A stretch of DNA of 64,000 nucleotides from Roseibacillus sp. (GTDB lineage Bacteria; Verrucomicrobiota; Verrucomicrobiia; Verrucomicrobiales; Akkermansiaceae), in the NCBI GenBank assembly GCA_965242925.1, contig CBDEUM010000034.1:64001-128000 (forward strand), in the 5' to 3' direction. Shown here piece by piece: positions 39,626-49,400 of the stretch. Each line of letters starts with the position of its first letter. Position 1 is the first letter of the stretch. The translations under genes were made by a program, and so were the position numbers. Under the pieces are notes generated by a model that saw only the letters and a list, made by a program, of their open reading frames with translations, was not told the origin of the DNA and did not search any database.

Positions 39626-40255
39626 ATGAAACTCAACCTGGCCTTCTTCAGCTGCGCAGCGATTCTGCTCAGCGCATCATCCCAACTGAGTGCTGCCATC
39701 GCGCTCACCGTCCCCGCTGGAGCGACGTTCAATCAACACCACAATGGATTGCTGGGAATGGATTTCGATGTCACCGGGCCGGACGGGATCATCGTCTCAC
39801 GTCTGGGTGCCTTCGACTCGGGGCAGGATGGAATTCTCGGGACGATCAATGTGGGAATCGTGGACCGCACCACAGGGCTCGTGGTGGGAGAAACCCTTTC
39901 GTTCTCCGGGGACGCCGGCGACGTTGTGGACGGGAGCCGCTTTCTTAACCTCGCGACTCCTATCACGCTGGCCAATGGTTTTCAGGGCTCCATCACGGCG
40001 CAGGGCTACGGTCAGGAAGGCAACGGCAACGGGCAGGTCTCAACGATCGATGACGGCGGCGGTTTGATCAATTTTGTGGGAGGAGCTCGCTGGGGCGGAG
40101 ATGACCCCATCAGCCTGGCGCCGAATGCCGATGGCGGTCCGGCGAATCGCTACTTTGCCGGTACTTTTGATTATCGGGCAGTTCCGGAGCCGGGCTCCCT
40201 GGCCTTACTTCTTGGCGCGGTAGGGCTCTTGGGCCTTCGTCGTCGCCGGGCATAA
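39626..40255 (+). CDS. PEP-CTERM protein with DUF4082-like domain (module C)
   Basis: Signal peptide MKLNL..SSQLSA; C-terminal VPEPGSLALLLGAVGLLGLRRRRA. Confidence 0.92.
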   Translation: MKLNLAFFSCAAILLSASSQLSAAIALTVPAGATFNQHHNGLLGMDFDVTGPDGIIVSRLGAFDSGQDGILGTINVGIVDRTTGLVVGETLSFSGDAGDVVDGSRFLNLATPITLANGFQGSITAQGYGQEGNGNGQVSTIDDGGGLINFVGGARWGGDDPISLAPNADGGPANRYFAGTFDYRAVPEPGSLALLLGAVGLLGLRRRRA

Positions 40256-40391
40256 GGTCCGCTCCCCATCCGGGAGAGATCCCGCGCCCCATCCGAGGGA
40301 CGGTACGATGTGCCCTTGCGGAGGCGGTAGCCGGGATACTCGTTTGCGAGAGTCCGAAAACTCCTCCTGATCGGACCACTTACTTGGCGTA

Positions 40392-43034
40392 GTGAAACGG
40401 CGGGCGTCATTGAATGGGCAGGTGATCGCAGGGCAGCCGCCCCGGTTGCCACGTCCCGGGAGGCCTTCTCTGTTCCGGCAGGGGAAGCGTTCGTCCCCCG
40501 GACAATCTTCTCGTCTGCCGTCGAGAGATCCCGGAAGGGCGTGCGTTGTGGCCTTGTCCGCCGCGCTGCTCATGCTGGCGGGGTGCGGAGAAAAGGAGTC
40601 CGACCCATCCACCAAAGATTCCGAACAAGCTGATGCCGATCTCGCCGCTTCCCTGGTGGCCTCCGAAGAACTGATCCTCGCCCTGACCCCCCGCCTGAGG
40701 AAATTCGAGCCCAGCTTGTTCTCCTCCTCCAGCCTCTATTACGCACTGGAGAAGTCAGTTCACTCCGATACGCGCTACGCGAACTGGGGCGTAAGAAATA
40801 GAGAGTGGGCCACGCCCGCTTCGGCGCCGGCAGCCAACCCGCCGGCCCTCGACGACCTCGTGACTCCGCCGGAGGGAACGTTCCCGACCCTCTCCCGGCC
40901 TCGGTTGGCCATTGTGTCCGCACGTTTCCATGCCGCTCGGACTCAATTCCGAACGGAAATACAGTGTAGCGCCTCGGCCCCGGGAGTTTGGATTCGCTCC
41001 CGCCATACCGTTGCCTGGATCAAGAGCGGCCGTTCGCCTTCCGCGTGGCAGATCTCGGCCTGGCACCAGACCAGGCTCACCGTGTCACAAAGCCCCACCC
41101 CCCTCTTTGAGGAGGTCCTCGACAAGGCCGTTCCCGATCCGCAATCCTTGGCCGCGGCCCGCACCTCGCTGCACCAGAAAATCCTGGTGGATGGCTACTT
41201 TGGCGGAACCCGTCCCCCTCTTCCAAAAGGCTACAGCGACACCCGCTTCTTCGCGGACTCGACCAACATTCACCCCGCCCTCTCGGTGGTCGACGTCGAT
41301 GGCGACGGCCACGATGATCTCTACGTCTGCGTCCGCTGGGGCAGAAACCTGCTCCTCCGCAATAGGGGCGATGGCACGTTTGAGGAGTGCGCTGCCCGCT
41401 ACGGGCTCGACATCGACGGACGAAACACAGTGGCCCTTTTTGCCGATTTCGATAACGATGGCGATCCCGATCTGTTGCTCGGCCGCAGCCTGGAACGAAG
41501 CCTCTTTCTGGTGAATGTGGGGGGACGCTTTGAGCCTCATCCCGAGCCGGTTTCGAACGGTTCTCTGCCCTGGTTGGTCACCTCTGCCTCTGCCGCCGAT
41601 TTCAACAATGATGGTCTGTTGGATCTCTATATTTGCACTTACAGTCCGCTTGACATCAGTTCCCGGACCTCCGGGTTGCCGGACCGGAGCAGCCTGGAGT
41701 GGGCCCGGCGCTTCCTTCCCGCTGAGCAAGCCGCCGAAGTCGTCCGCCGGCGGGCTGGCGCCCACAGCTATCTCTCTCAGGTGGGCCCTCCCAACGTTCT
41801 CCTCCTGGGACGAGGAACGCACTTTGAGATCGCACCGGATGCCGCAACGCTCCTCGGCTACCGCAACAGCTTCCATGCGGCCTGGAGTGATTTCGATCAG
41901 GATGGCGACCAGGATCTCTACGTCGCCAACGACTTCGCTCCCGATCACTTCTTTCGAAACGAAGGGGCCGAGGGATTCAGCGAGGTTGCCAGAGAGATCG
42001 GGCTTGACGGCCTGGGCTTTGCGATGGGGGCGGCCTGGGGTGACTATGACGGCGATGGGTGGGACGATGTCTATGTCTCCAACATGTACTCGAAGGCGGG
42101 CCGCCGCATCACCGGCCGAATCCCCGGACTCGACCGCCGATTCTCCGCCATCTCGGGCGGCAACTTCCTCTACCGCAATCGCGGAGATGGAACCCTGGAG
42201 CGGGTTTCGGGAGCCGACGACAAACCCGTCCCCGTCCACGACGCCGGCTGGTCGTGGGGTGGACAATTCTGCGATTTCGATAACGACGGACACCTCGACC
42301 TTTATGTTTCCAGCGGCTTCTACACGCCTCCACCGGGGGAGGATATCGGAGTCGATTTGTGAAGTTGCCTTTGGCGCTCGGTCGTGCGCTCCGACAGTTC
42401 CCTGCCTCCGGATTTTCGCGCCGAAAAGACTTGGACGACCGATCCCAATACCGGGGCCCACGCGCCTGCCCTCAATCGAACGGATTTCTACAATGGTCCG
42501 GATTACCACCGGCATTCCTACAGCGGTTACGAGCACAACAAATTTTATCTGAATGTCGGCGGGAAGACCTTTTCAGACCTCTCTGGAGTCTCCGGGGTCG
42601 ACAACATCGCGGACGGTCGAAGCTGGTGTGCTCTCGACTACGACCAGGACGGCTGGACCGATATCGCGCTGGTCAACTCGAATCACCCCCTGCTGAATCT
42701 CTACCGAAATCGGATGGGCGAGCGGTCCAAGAACAATCATCTCAAAATTCGCCTGCTCGGCGGGGCGCGAGCTGGCGAGCGGTCCATGGCATGGAGCAAT
42801 CGTGACGCGGTGGGCGCCGTGGTAGAAATCACGACCGGCTCTCGCACGCTGCGGCGCGTTCGCCAACTGGGAGAAGGCTATGCCGCCCAGAACAGCGCCA
42901 CCCTGACGATCGGGATTGGTGAGGCGCTCGCTGCGGAATCACTTCGGGTCACCTGGCCTTCGGGGAAGACCACCAAGATCATGACCCCGATCCCGGCAGG
43001 AGTGGTTCTCACCCTCAAGGAACGTCCGGACTAA
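40392..43034 (+). CDS. FG-GAP + ASPIC/UnbV (CRTAC1-like) lipoprotein with an in-frame TGA at 42360-42362 (candidate selenoprotein), module C
   Basis: Lipobox LMLAG-C; FG-GAP repeats; ORF 40392-42362 and ORF 42384-43034 are in the same frame, separated only by TGA (GVDL*SCLWRSVV). The downstream part completes the propeller and the UnbV domain. Start uncertain. Confidence 0.8.
42363..42399 (+). promoter_or_regulatory. Candidate bacterial SECIS hairpin
   Basis: GGCGC-U-C-[GGUC]-G-U-GCGCU at 42373-42390; apical loop begins 18 nt after UGA; weak lower stem 42363-67/42395-99. Confidence 0.5.
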
Positions 43035-43149
43035 GAACGGATCAGGTTTGGTTTACCACCCCTGATATTCTTCGATTCAACGCTACGTTATCGTTCGTAT
43101 TTGCTCGTTTCAACTGGACCCATTTTTCGAAGATAGACAGGATTGGTCA

Positions 43150-46100
43150 ATGAAACTCAATCTGCCGTTGATCAGCTGCGCAGCGATTTTGCTCAGCGCA
43201 TCATCCCAACTGAGTGCTACCATCGCACTCACCGTCCCTGCTGGAGCGACGTTCAATCAACACCACAATGGATTGCTTGGAATGGATTTCGATGTCAACG
43301 GGCCGGACGGGATTATCGTCACACGTCTGGGCGCCTTCGACTCGGGACAGGATGGCATTCTCGGGACGATCATTGTAGGAATCGTGGACCGCGCCACCGG
43401 AAACGTGGTGGGAGAAACCCTTTCGTTCTCCGGGGACGCCGGCGACGTTGTGGACGGGAGCCGCTTTCTCGCCCTCACCACGCCCCTGGTATTACCCAAT
43501 GGTTTTCAGGGTTCCATCACCGCGCAGGGCTACGGTCAGGAAGGCAACGGCAACGGGCAGGTCTCAACGATCGATGACGGCGACGGCTTGATCACGTTCG
43601 TGGGAGGAGCCCGCTGGGGCGGAGATGACCCCCTGACCCTGGCGACGAATGCTGATGGCGGCCCGGCCAATCGCTACTTTGCCGGCACCTTTGAATTCCT
43701 GAGCGAGGATCTGAGCGAGGACACCGATGGGGATGGGTTGCCCAATGCCTGGGAAGAGACCTTCGGCTTGAATCCCAGTGATCCTGACGATGCCGATGAT
43801 GACGGCGACGGCGATGGTCTGAACAACACGGAGGAGTTTGAGAACAACACCGATCCCACCGAGCGGGACACAGATGGTGATGACCTGACCGATGGTGAAG
43901 AGGTCAACACTGCCATGACCGATCCAACCAAGAGGGATAGCGACGGCGATGGCCTGTGGGACAGCGTTGAAACCAATACTCGCTCCTTTACGAGTTGGAC
44001 CGGTGATTTGGAAGATCCAGACGTTCCCCAAACAGGGGACACCGGATCCGATCCCAATGATACCAATACCGACGATGACGGGTTTTCAGACGGCGCGGAA
44101 GTCGCCGCGGGCTTTGACCCGAATGATCCGAACAGCGGTCCGCCGTCATCCCAACTGAGTGCTGCCATCGCACTCACCGTCCCCGCTGGAGCGACGTTCA
44201 ATCAACACCACAATGGATTGCTGGGAATGGATTTCGATGTCACCGGGCCGGACGGGATCATCGTCACACGTCTGGGCGCCTTCGACTCGGGGCAGGATGG
44301 AATTCTCGGGACGATCAATGTAGGAATCGTGGACCGCGCCACCGGAAACGTGGTGGGAGAAACCCTTTCGTTCTCCGGGGACGCCGGCGACGTTGTGGAC
44401 GGCAGCCGCTTTCTCGCCCTCACCACGCCCCTCATATTACCCAATGGTTTTCAGGGTTCCATCACGGCGCAGGGCTACGGTCAGGAAGGCAACGGCAACG
44501 GGCAGGTCTCAACGATCGATGACGGCAATGGCTTGATCACGTTCGTGGGAGGAGCTCGCTGGGGCGGAGATGACCCCCTGACCCTGGCGCCGAATGCTGA
44601 TGGCGGCCCGGCGAATCGCTATTTTGCCGGCACCTTTGAATTCCTGAGCGAGGACACCGATGGGGATGGGTTGCCTGATGCCTGGGAAGAGACCTTCGGC
44701 TTGAATCCCAGTGATCCTGACGATGCCGATGATGACGGCGACGGCGATGGTCTGAACAACACGGAGGAGTTTGAGAACAACACCGATCCCACCGAGCGGG
44801 ACACGGATGGTGATGACCTGACCGATGGTGAAGAGGTCAACACTGCCATGACCGATCCAACCAGGAGGGATAGCGACGGCGATGGCCTGTGGGACAGCGT
44901 TGAAACCAATACTCGCTCCTTCACGAGTTGGACCGGTGATTTGGAAGATCCAGATGTTCCCCAAACAGGGGATACCGGATCCGATCCCAATGATACCAAT
45001 ACCGACGATGACGGGTTTTCAGACGGCGAGGAGGTCGCGGCAGGCTTTGACCCGAATGATCCGGACAGCGGTCCGTCGCTCTCCTTCCAAGGCATGCTGG
45101 CGATCGACTACCTGGAGCCAGGAGTCGGAACGCAGGAATTTGCGGAAGGACTGGGACACGACTTCCTCGTGATCGGCGAGGCGATCGAAGTCACCGCGCT
45201 TGGCGTATTCGACAGTGGGGCGGATGGTCTCAACCGGGAGCTCACCTCCGAGCTCTGGGTGCGGGACGACAACAACTTGGGGACGTCGTTGCTGGCATCC
45301 CTCTCCTTCGTCCCGGGGGCACCCGGGCTGCTGCACCATTCGAACCGGATCAAATCTCTCCCCATCCCACTCGTCCTCGAGCCGGGCGCCTACACAATTG
45401 TCGGTCGGGGCTATGGGGCGGGTGAGCCGAACGGGAATACCGGTGGTCCTGGATCAGACCTCAAGCCCATCAATGATGGAGGCGGACGGATCGAGTTCGT
45501 GGGCGGTGCCCGTTGGGGGGGCGGTGGGATTGGTGGCGCCGTTGGATTCCCACAAAATGTTGATGGCGGACCGCCGGTGCGCTATGCGGCGGGGACCTTT
45601 GCCTTCCGGACTGAGCCGCCGCCTAAATTGTTCTGGCGAATTTCCTCGAGCGGGGACGATCTCATCTTCGAGTGGGAGAGCAGATTAGGGAAGGTCTACG
45701 ACATCTTAAGCAACGACGATCTCTCCGATCACCCGGCAGCAGGCTGGCCCCTCTTCCGCGGAGACATTGCCGGGACCCCTCCCTTGAATGTCGAGACCTC
45801 CCTTCGCCCCCCCGACGAAAAACGCTACTTCGTGCTGGTCGAGAGGGACGGTCCGCCTCTTTTCGAAGATGATTTTGAGACTGACAAAGGGTGGACCGCG
45901 ATCGTGAACGATGCCAACGGCAATACCAACTGGGAGCGCGGCACCCCCGGCGGCAGCACTGGACCGCTCACCGGCGCCGATGGCTCCGCCAATGCCTGGT
46001 CCACCAACCAGGGAGACTACGGACCGGATTCCGACATCGCCCTGCGCTCGCCGCTTATTGATTTGACCGGTATTCCGACCGCCGAATTGTCCCTCGACGC

Positions 46101-46353
46101 CTTCAGGGACGCCGATGGCTTCGCCGACACCGCCTCGGTGCGCTTTCTGGACGCAACCGGCCTCACCCAGTTGGGGTTCGAGCACCCCATCGACATGACT
46201 GTCTTCGACGGTGACTGGACCAACCTGGTCATCCCGGTGGCACCAGAAGCCCTCGGGGAGAGCATCATCATCGAAATCAATTTTATCAGCGACAACAGCG
46301 AGGACACCTTCAGCGGGCTCTCCATTGACAACGTCAGCGTGAGTGCCGAGTAG
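43150..46353 (+). CDS. Large secreted protein: (DUF4082-like + TSP3-like repeats) x2, third DUF4082-like domain, shared C-terminal region (module C)
   Basis: Signal peptide almost identical to that of 39626; internal tandem duplication; C-terminus highly similar to that of 36302. Confidence 0.9.
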   Translation: MKLNLPLISCAAILLSASSQLSATIALTVPAGATFNQHHNGLLGMDFDVNGPDGIIVTRLGAFDSGQDGILGTIIVGIVDRATGNVVGETLSFSGDAGDVVDGSRFLALTTPLVLPNGFQGSITAQGYGQEGNGNGQVSTIDDGDGLITFVGGARWGGDDPLTLATNADGGPANRYFAGTFEFLSEDLSEDTDGDGLPNAWEETFGLNPSDPDDADDDGDGDGLNNTEEFENNTDPTERDTDGDDLTDGEEVNTAMTDPTKRDSDGDGLWDSVETNTRSFTSWTGDLEDPDVPQTGDTGSDPNDTNTDDDGFSDGAEVAAGFDPNDPNSGPPSSQLSAAIALTVPAGATFNQHHNGLLGMDFDVTGPDGIIVTRLGAFDSGQDGILGTINVGIVDRATGNVVGETLSFSGDAGDVVDGSRFLALTTPLILPNGFQGSITAQGYGQEGNGNGQVSTIDDGNGLITFVGGARWGGDDPLTLAPNADGGPANRYFAGTFEFLSEDTDGDGLPDAWEETFGLNPSDPDDADDDGDGDGLNNTEEFENNTDPTERDTDGDDLTDGEEVNTAMTDPTRRDSDGDGLWDSVETNTRSFTSWTGDLEDPDVPQTGDTGSDPNDTNTDDDGFSDGEEVAAGFDPNDPDSGPSLSFQGMLAIDYLEPGVGTQEFAEGLGHDFLVIGEAIEVTALGVFDSGADGLNRELTSELWVRDDNNLGTSLLASLSFVPGAPGLLHHSNRIKSLPIPLVLEPGAYTIVGRGYGAGEPNGNTGGPGSDLKPINDGGGRIEFVGGARWGGGGIGGAVGFPQNVDGGPPVRYAAGTFAFRTEPPPKLFWRISSSGDDLIFEWESRLGKVYDILSNDDLSDHPAAGWPLFRGDIAGTPPLNVETSLRPPDEKRYFVLVERDGPPLFEDDFETDKGWTAIVNDANGNTNWERGTPGGSTGPLTGADGSANAWSTNQGDYGPDSDIALRSPLIDLTGIPTAELSLDAFRDADGFADTASVRFLDATGLTQLGFEHPIDMTVFDGDWTNLVIPVAPEALGESIIIEINFISDNSEDTFSGLSIDNVSVSAE
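43201..45078 (+). repeat. Intragenic tandem duplication: 43201-44145 (945 bp) and 44146-45078 (933 bp)
   Basis: Both copies begin TCATCCCAACTGAGTGCT. They differ by scattered substitutions and a 12-bp LSED duplication in copy 1. Confidence 0.92.
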
Positions 46354-46478
46354 ATCTCGACTGACCAAATAATCAACAAACCTTGCCAGGCGGTGAAGTC
46401 CACAGGCATTCACAAGTTTGCCGTGCGGTGTCTGTTGGAATTTTCGGGAAAGCAGTCTATGCTTCCCCGGTCCCCCTG

Positions 46479-49400
46479 ATGCACCCTCCCTTCCGTCTGC
46501 TCTTCTGTCGAGTCCCCCAATTGGTGGCGACCCGAATGGTGGCTTGCCTGCTATTCGGAACAGCACCGCTTTTGGCCAATCCCTTCATCTCCGAGTTTAT
46601 GGCGGACAATGGCTCCACCCTGGCCGATGAGGACGGCGAGTTTCCGGACTGGATCGAGATTACCAACAGCGGAACGGAGCCGGTCGATCTCGCCGGCTGG
46701 CACCTCACCGACGACGAGACCAAGCCCACCAAGTGGACGTTCCCCGGTCCCGCCTCACTGGCAGGAGGGCAGTCGCTGGTCGTCTTCGCGTCGGGCAAGA
46801 ACCGCCACCGACCTGGCAGACCCCTCCACACCAACTTCGCTCTCAATCAAAGCGGAGAGTTCCTGGCCCTGGTGGCCCCGGATGGCGCCACGCTGGCAAG
46901 CCGCTTCTCGCCCTACCCCCCCCAGGAACTCGACCTCTCCTACGGAGTGGGACTGGGTCCCGCGGCTGTGACCACTCTCCTGATTGAGGACGACTCCCAG
47001 GCCCTCCTGCTGGTTCCCTCCGGCCCGGTTGACGACTCCTGGCGGGGCGGAGAACCCTTCAATGAAAACTCCTGGACCCCCGTGCAACTGGGCGTGGGCT
47101 TCAACACCGGGGGTGGCGCGGTGATCGGTGGGGGAGGGGGGGAAACCACCATCGCCTACGGCGTGGCGGATGGGACCTCCGGCACGCAGGTATTCGGGGG
47201 AGGACTGGGGATGGACTTCGCCGTCCTCGAGTCAATCTCGGTGAAAAAGCTCGGTGTCTTCGATGACGATTCGGACGGACTGAACCGCACCATTACGGCC
47301 GAGCTTTGGTCGCGGGACGGCAACGGTAGCGGCATCGTGCTGGCCAGCGAAACCTTCACTTCCGGCAACCCCGGAACCCTCGAAGCGGGTCATCGCTTCA
47401 AGTCCCTTTCCTCCCCGCTCACGCTGGAACCGGGCCCCTACACCATCGTGGCCCACGGCTACGGAGGTGATGAACGCAATGGCAACTCGGGCGGCAACGG
47501 GGACTTTGCCACCTCGAACGACGGAGGGGGCCTGATCCAGTTCGTGGGCTCCAGCCGCTTCGGCTCTGCGGGCGGGGCCTGGCCGGATAGCGAGGACGGG
47601 GGCGGACCGGCCCGCTACGGGGCAGGCACCTTCACCTTTGCGGCCGTCGGCGACAGCCTGATTCGGACCGATCTGGAATCCGGGATGCATGGCCAGAACG
47701 CCTCCGCTCTGTTGCGGATCCCCTTTTCCTACGCCGGACCGGAACTTGCTACCACTCTCACTCTTGAGATCGCCTACGACGATGGATTCACCGCCTGGCT
47801 CAACGGCCAGCTACTCACTTCGCGCAATGCCTCCACCGATCCCGCTTGGAACAATGTCGCCAGCGCTGCAGGGAATGCGGTGGAGACCATCGTGCTGCCC
47901 TCGACCGCCTTGACGATTGGCGACAACGTTCTCGCCGTCCAGGGAATGAACCTGCATGGAGACGATCCGGACTTCATGGTTGCTCCCCAACTCTCCGCCG
48001 CTTTCTCCCGCTTCGAACGTCTCTACTTCTCCAATCCAACCCCCGGCCAACCCAACGGCCAGGGCGAGCAAGGCACCGGGATCGTGATCAACGAAATCCA
48101 CTACGACCCCTCTTCAGACACCGCACCGGCCGAGTTCCTCGAACTCTACAACGCGGGAGCGCGCACGGTGAATCTCACCGGATGGCGCCTGACCGGGGCG
48201 GTGGACTACACCTTCCCGGCCAACACCGGACTGGCCCCTGACCGCTACCTCGTGGTGGCTCTGAATGCGCCCTTCTTCGAGGCGGAGTTCAGCGGGGTTC
48301 CGGTTCACGCGCCCTTCCTGGGCCGGCTCAGCAACAACGGGGAAACCGTGGAGCTGCGCAACAACCTCGATGAAGCCATCGACAGGGTGAATTACGCCGT
48401 GGGCGCACCCTGGCCCGTGGCGGGCAACGATCCCTATCCCTCGATCCAACTGCTCCATCCCGGGCAGGACAATGATTTGGCGGGCAGTTGGCGAGCCGCT
48501 CCACCTACGCCGGGAGCACTCAACGCCGTCTTCTCAGTCGATACTCCACCACAGGTGCGCCAGGTCAATCACCTGCCTCTCGCCCCCGCCAGCGGGGAAG
48601 AAGTGGTGGTCAGCTGTAAGGTCACTGATCCCGATGGGGTGGCCTCGGTCACGCTGGAATACCAGACCGTGCTGCCGGGGCGCTACCTTCGCCTCAGCGA
48701 CGCTACCTTTGAGACAAGCTGGGATAGGCTGCCGATGTCACTCCTTCCCACTGGCCAGAGCACCTATCAGGCGACCCTGCCCGCCGACCTCCAGCGCCAC
48801 CGTCAACTTATTCGCTACCGCATCGTGGCTGAAGATTCCTTCGGGGCAACCGTGAGGCTTCCGCTGCCCAGCGACCCCTCCGTCAACTTTGCCTACTTCG
48901 TCTACAATGGCGTCCCGGGTTGGCGGGGAGCCATCATTCCGGGCGAAACTCCCGTTCTCGATTTCAGTGCGGAGGCAATGAACCACCTTCCGACCTACCA
49001 TCTCATCGCGAATGCTGAGGACGTGAGCGCGTCCCAGTACAACCGCTCCTTCAACGACAAGGTCTACCGCTTCGAAGGGGCCCTGGTCTACGACGGTGTA
49101 GTTTATGACCACATGCGCTACCGTGTTCGCGGTCATGGCTCGACCTACAACACCGGAAAGAACAAGTGGAAGCTGCGTTTCAATCGCGGACACCTCTTCC
49201 AGGGACGCGACGACTACGGGCGCCCCTACCGGGAAAAGGTGCGAACCCTGAACTGGAGCGCTCTCTCCAGCCCCTGGAACCCCGCCAATCGCGGAGCAGC
49301 TGGATTGGATGAAGCGCTGGCCTTCCGGCTCTGGCGCATGGCCGGCATCCCTGCTGCCAACACCAACTATTTCCATCTTCGTATCATCGACGGCGCGCGG

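Larger units (their letters stand above)
39626..43694 (+). repeat. Near-identical DNA shared by the PEP-CTERM gene (39626-40170) and the 5' end of the large gene (43150-43694)
   Basis: Collinear at offset 3524 from the start codon to the GTF codons. Confidence 0.9.

Noticed and set aside
42359..42805. 148-aa ORF starting at the TGA site as an alternative downstream gene
   Set aside because: Out of frame with the FG-GAP/UnbV homology, which continues in the frame of the upstream ORF.
36367..44640. Diversity-generating retroelement (template/variable repeat) as explanation for the twin sequences
   Set aside because: No reverse transcriptase in the window, both copies are coding, and the differences I inspected are largely synonymous and not adenine-specific.
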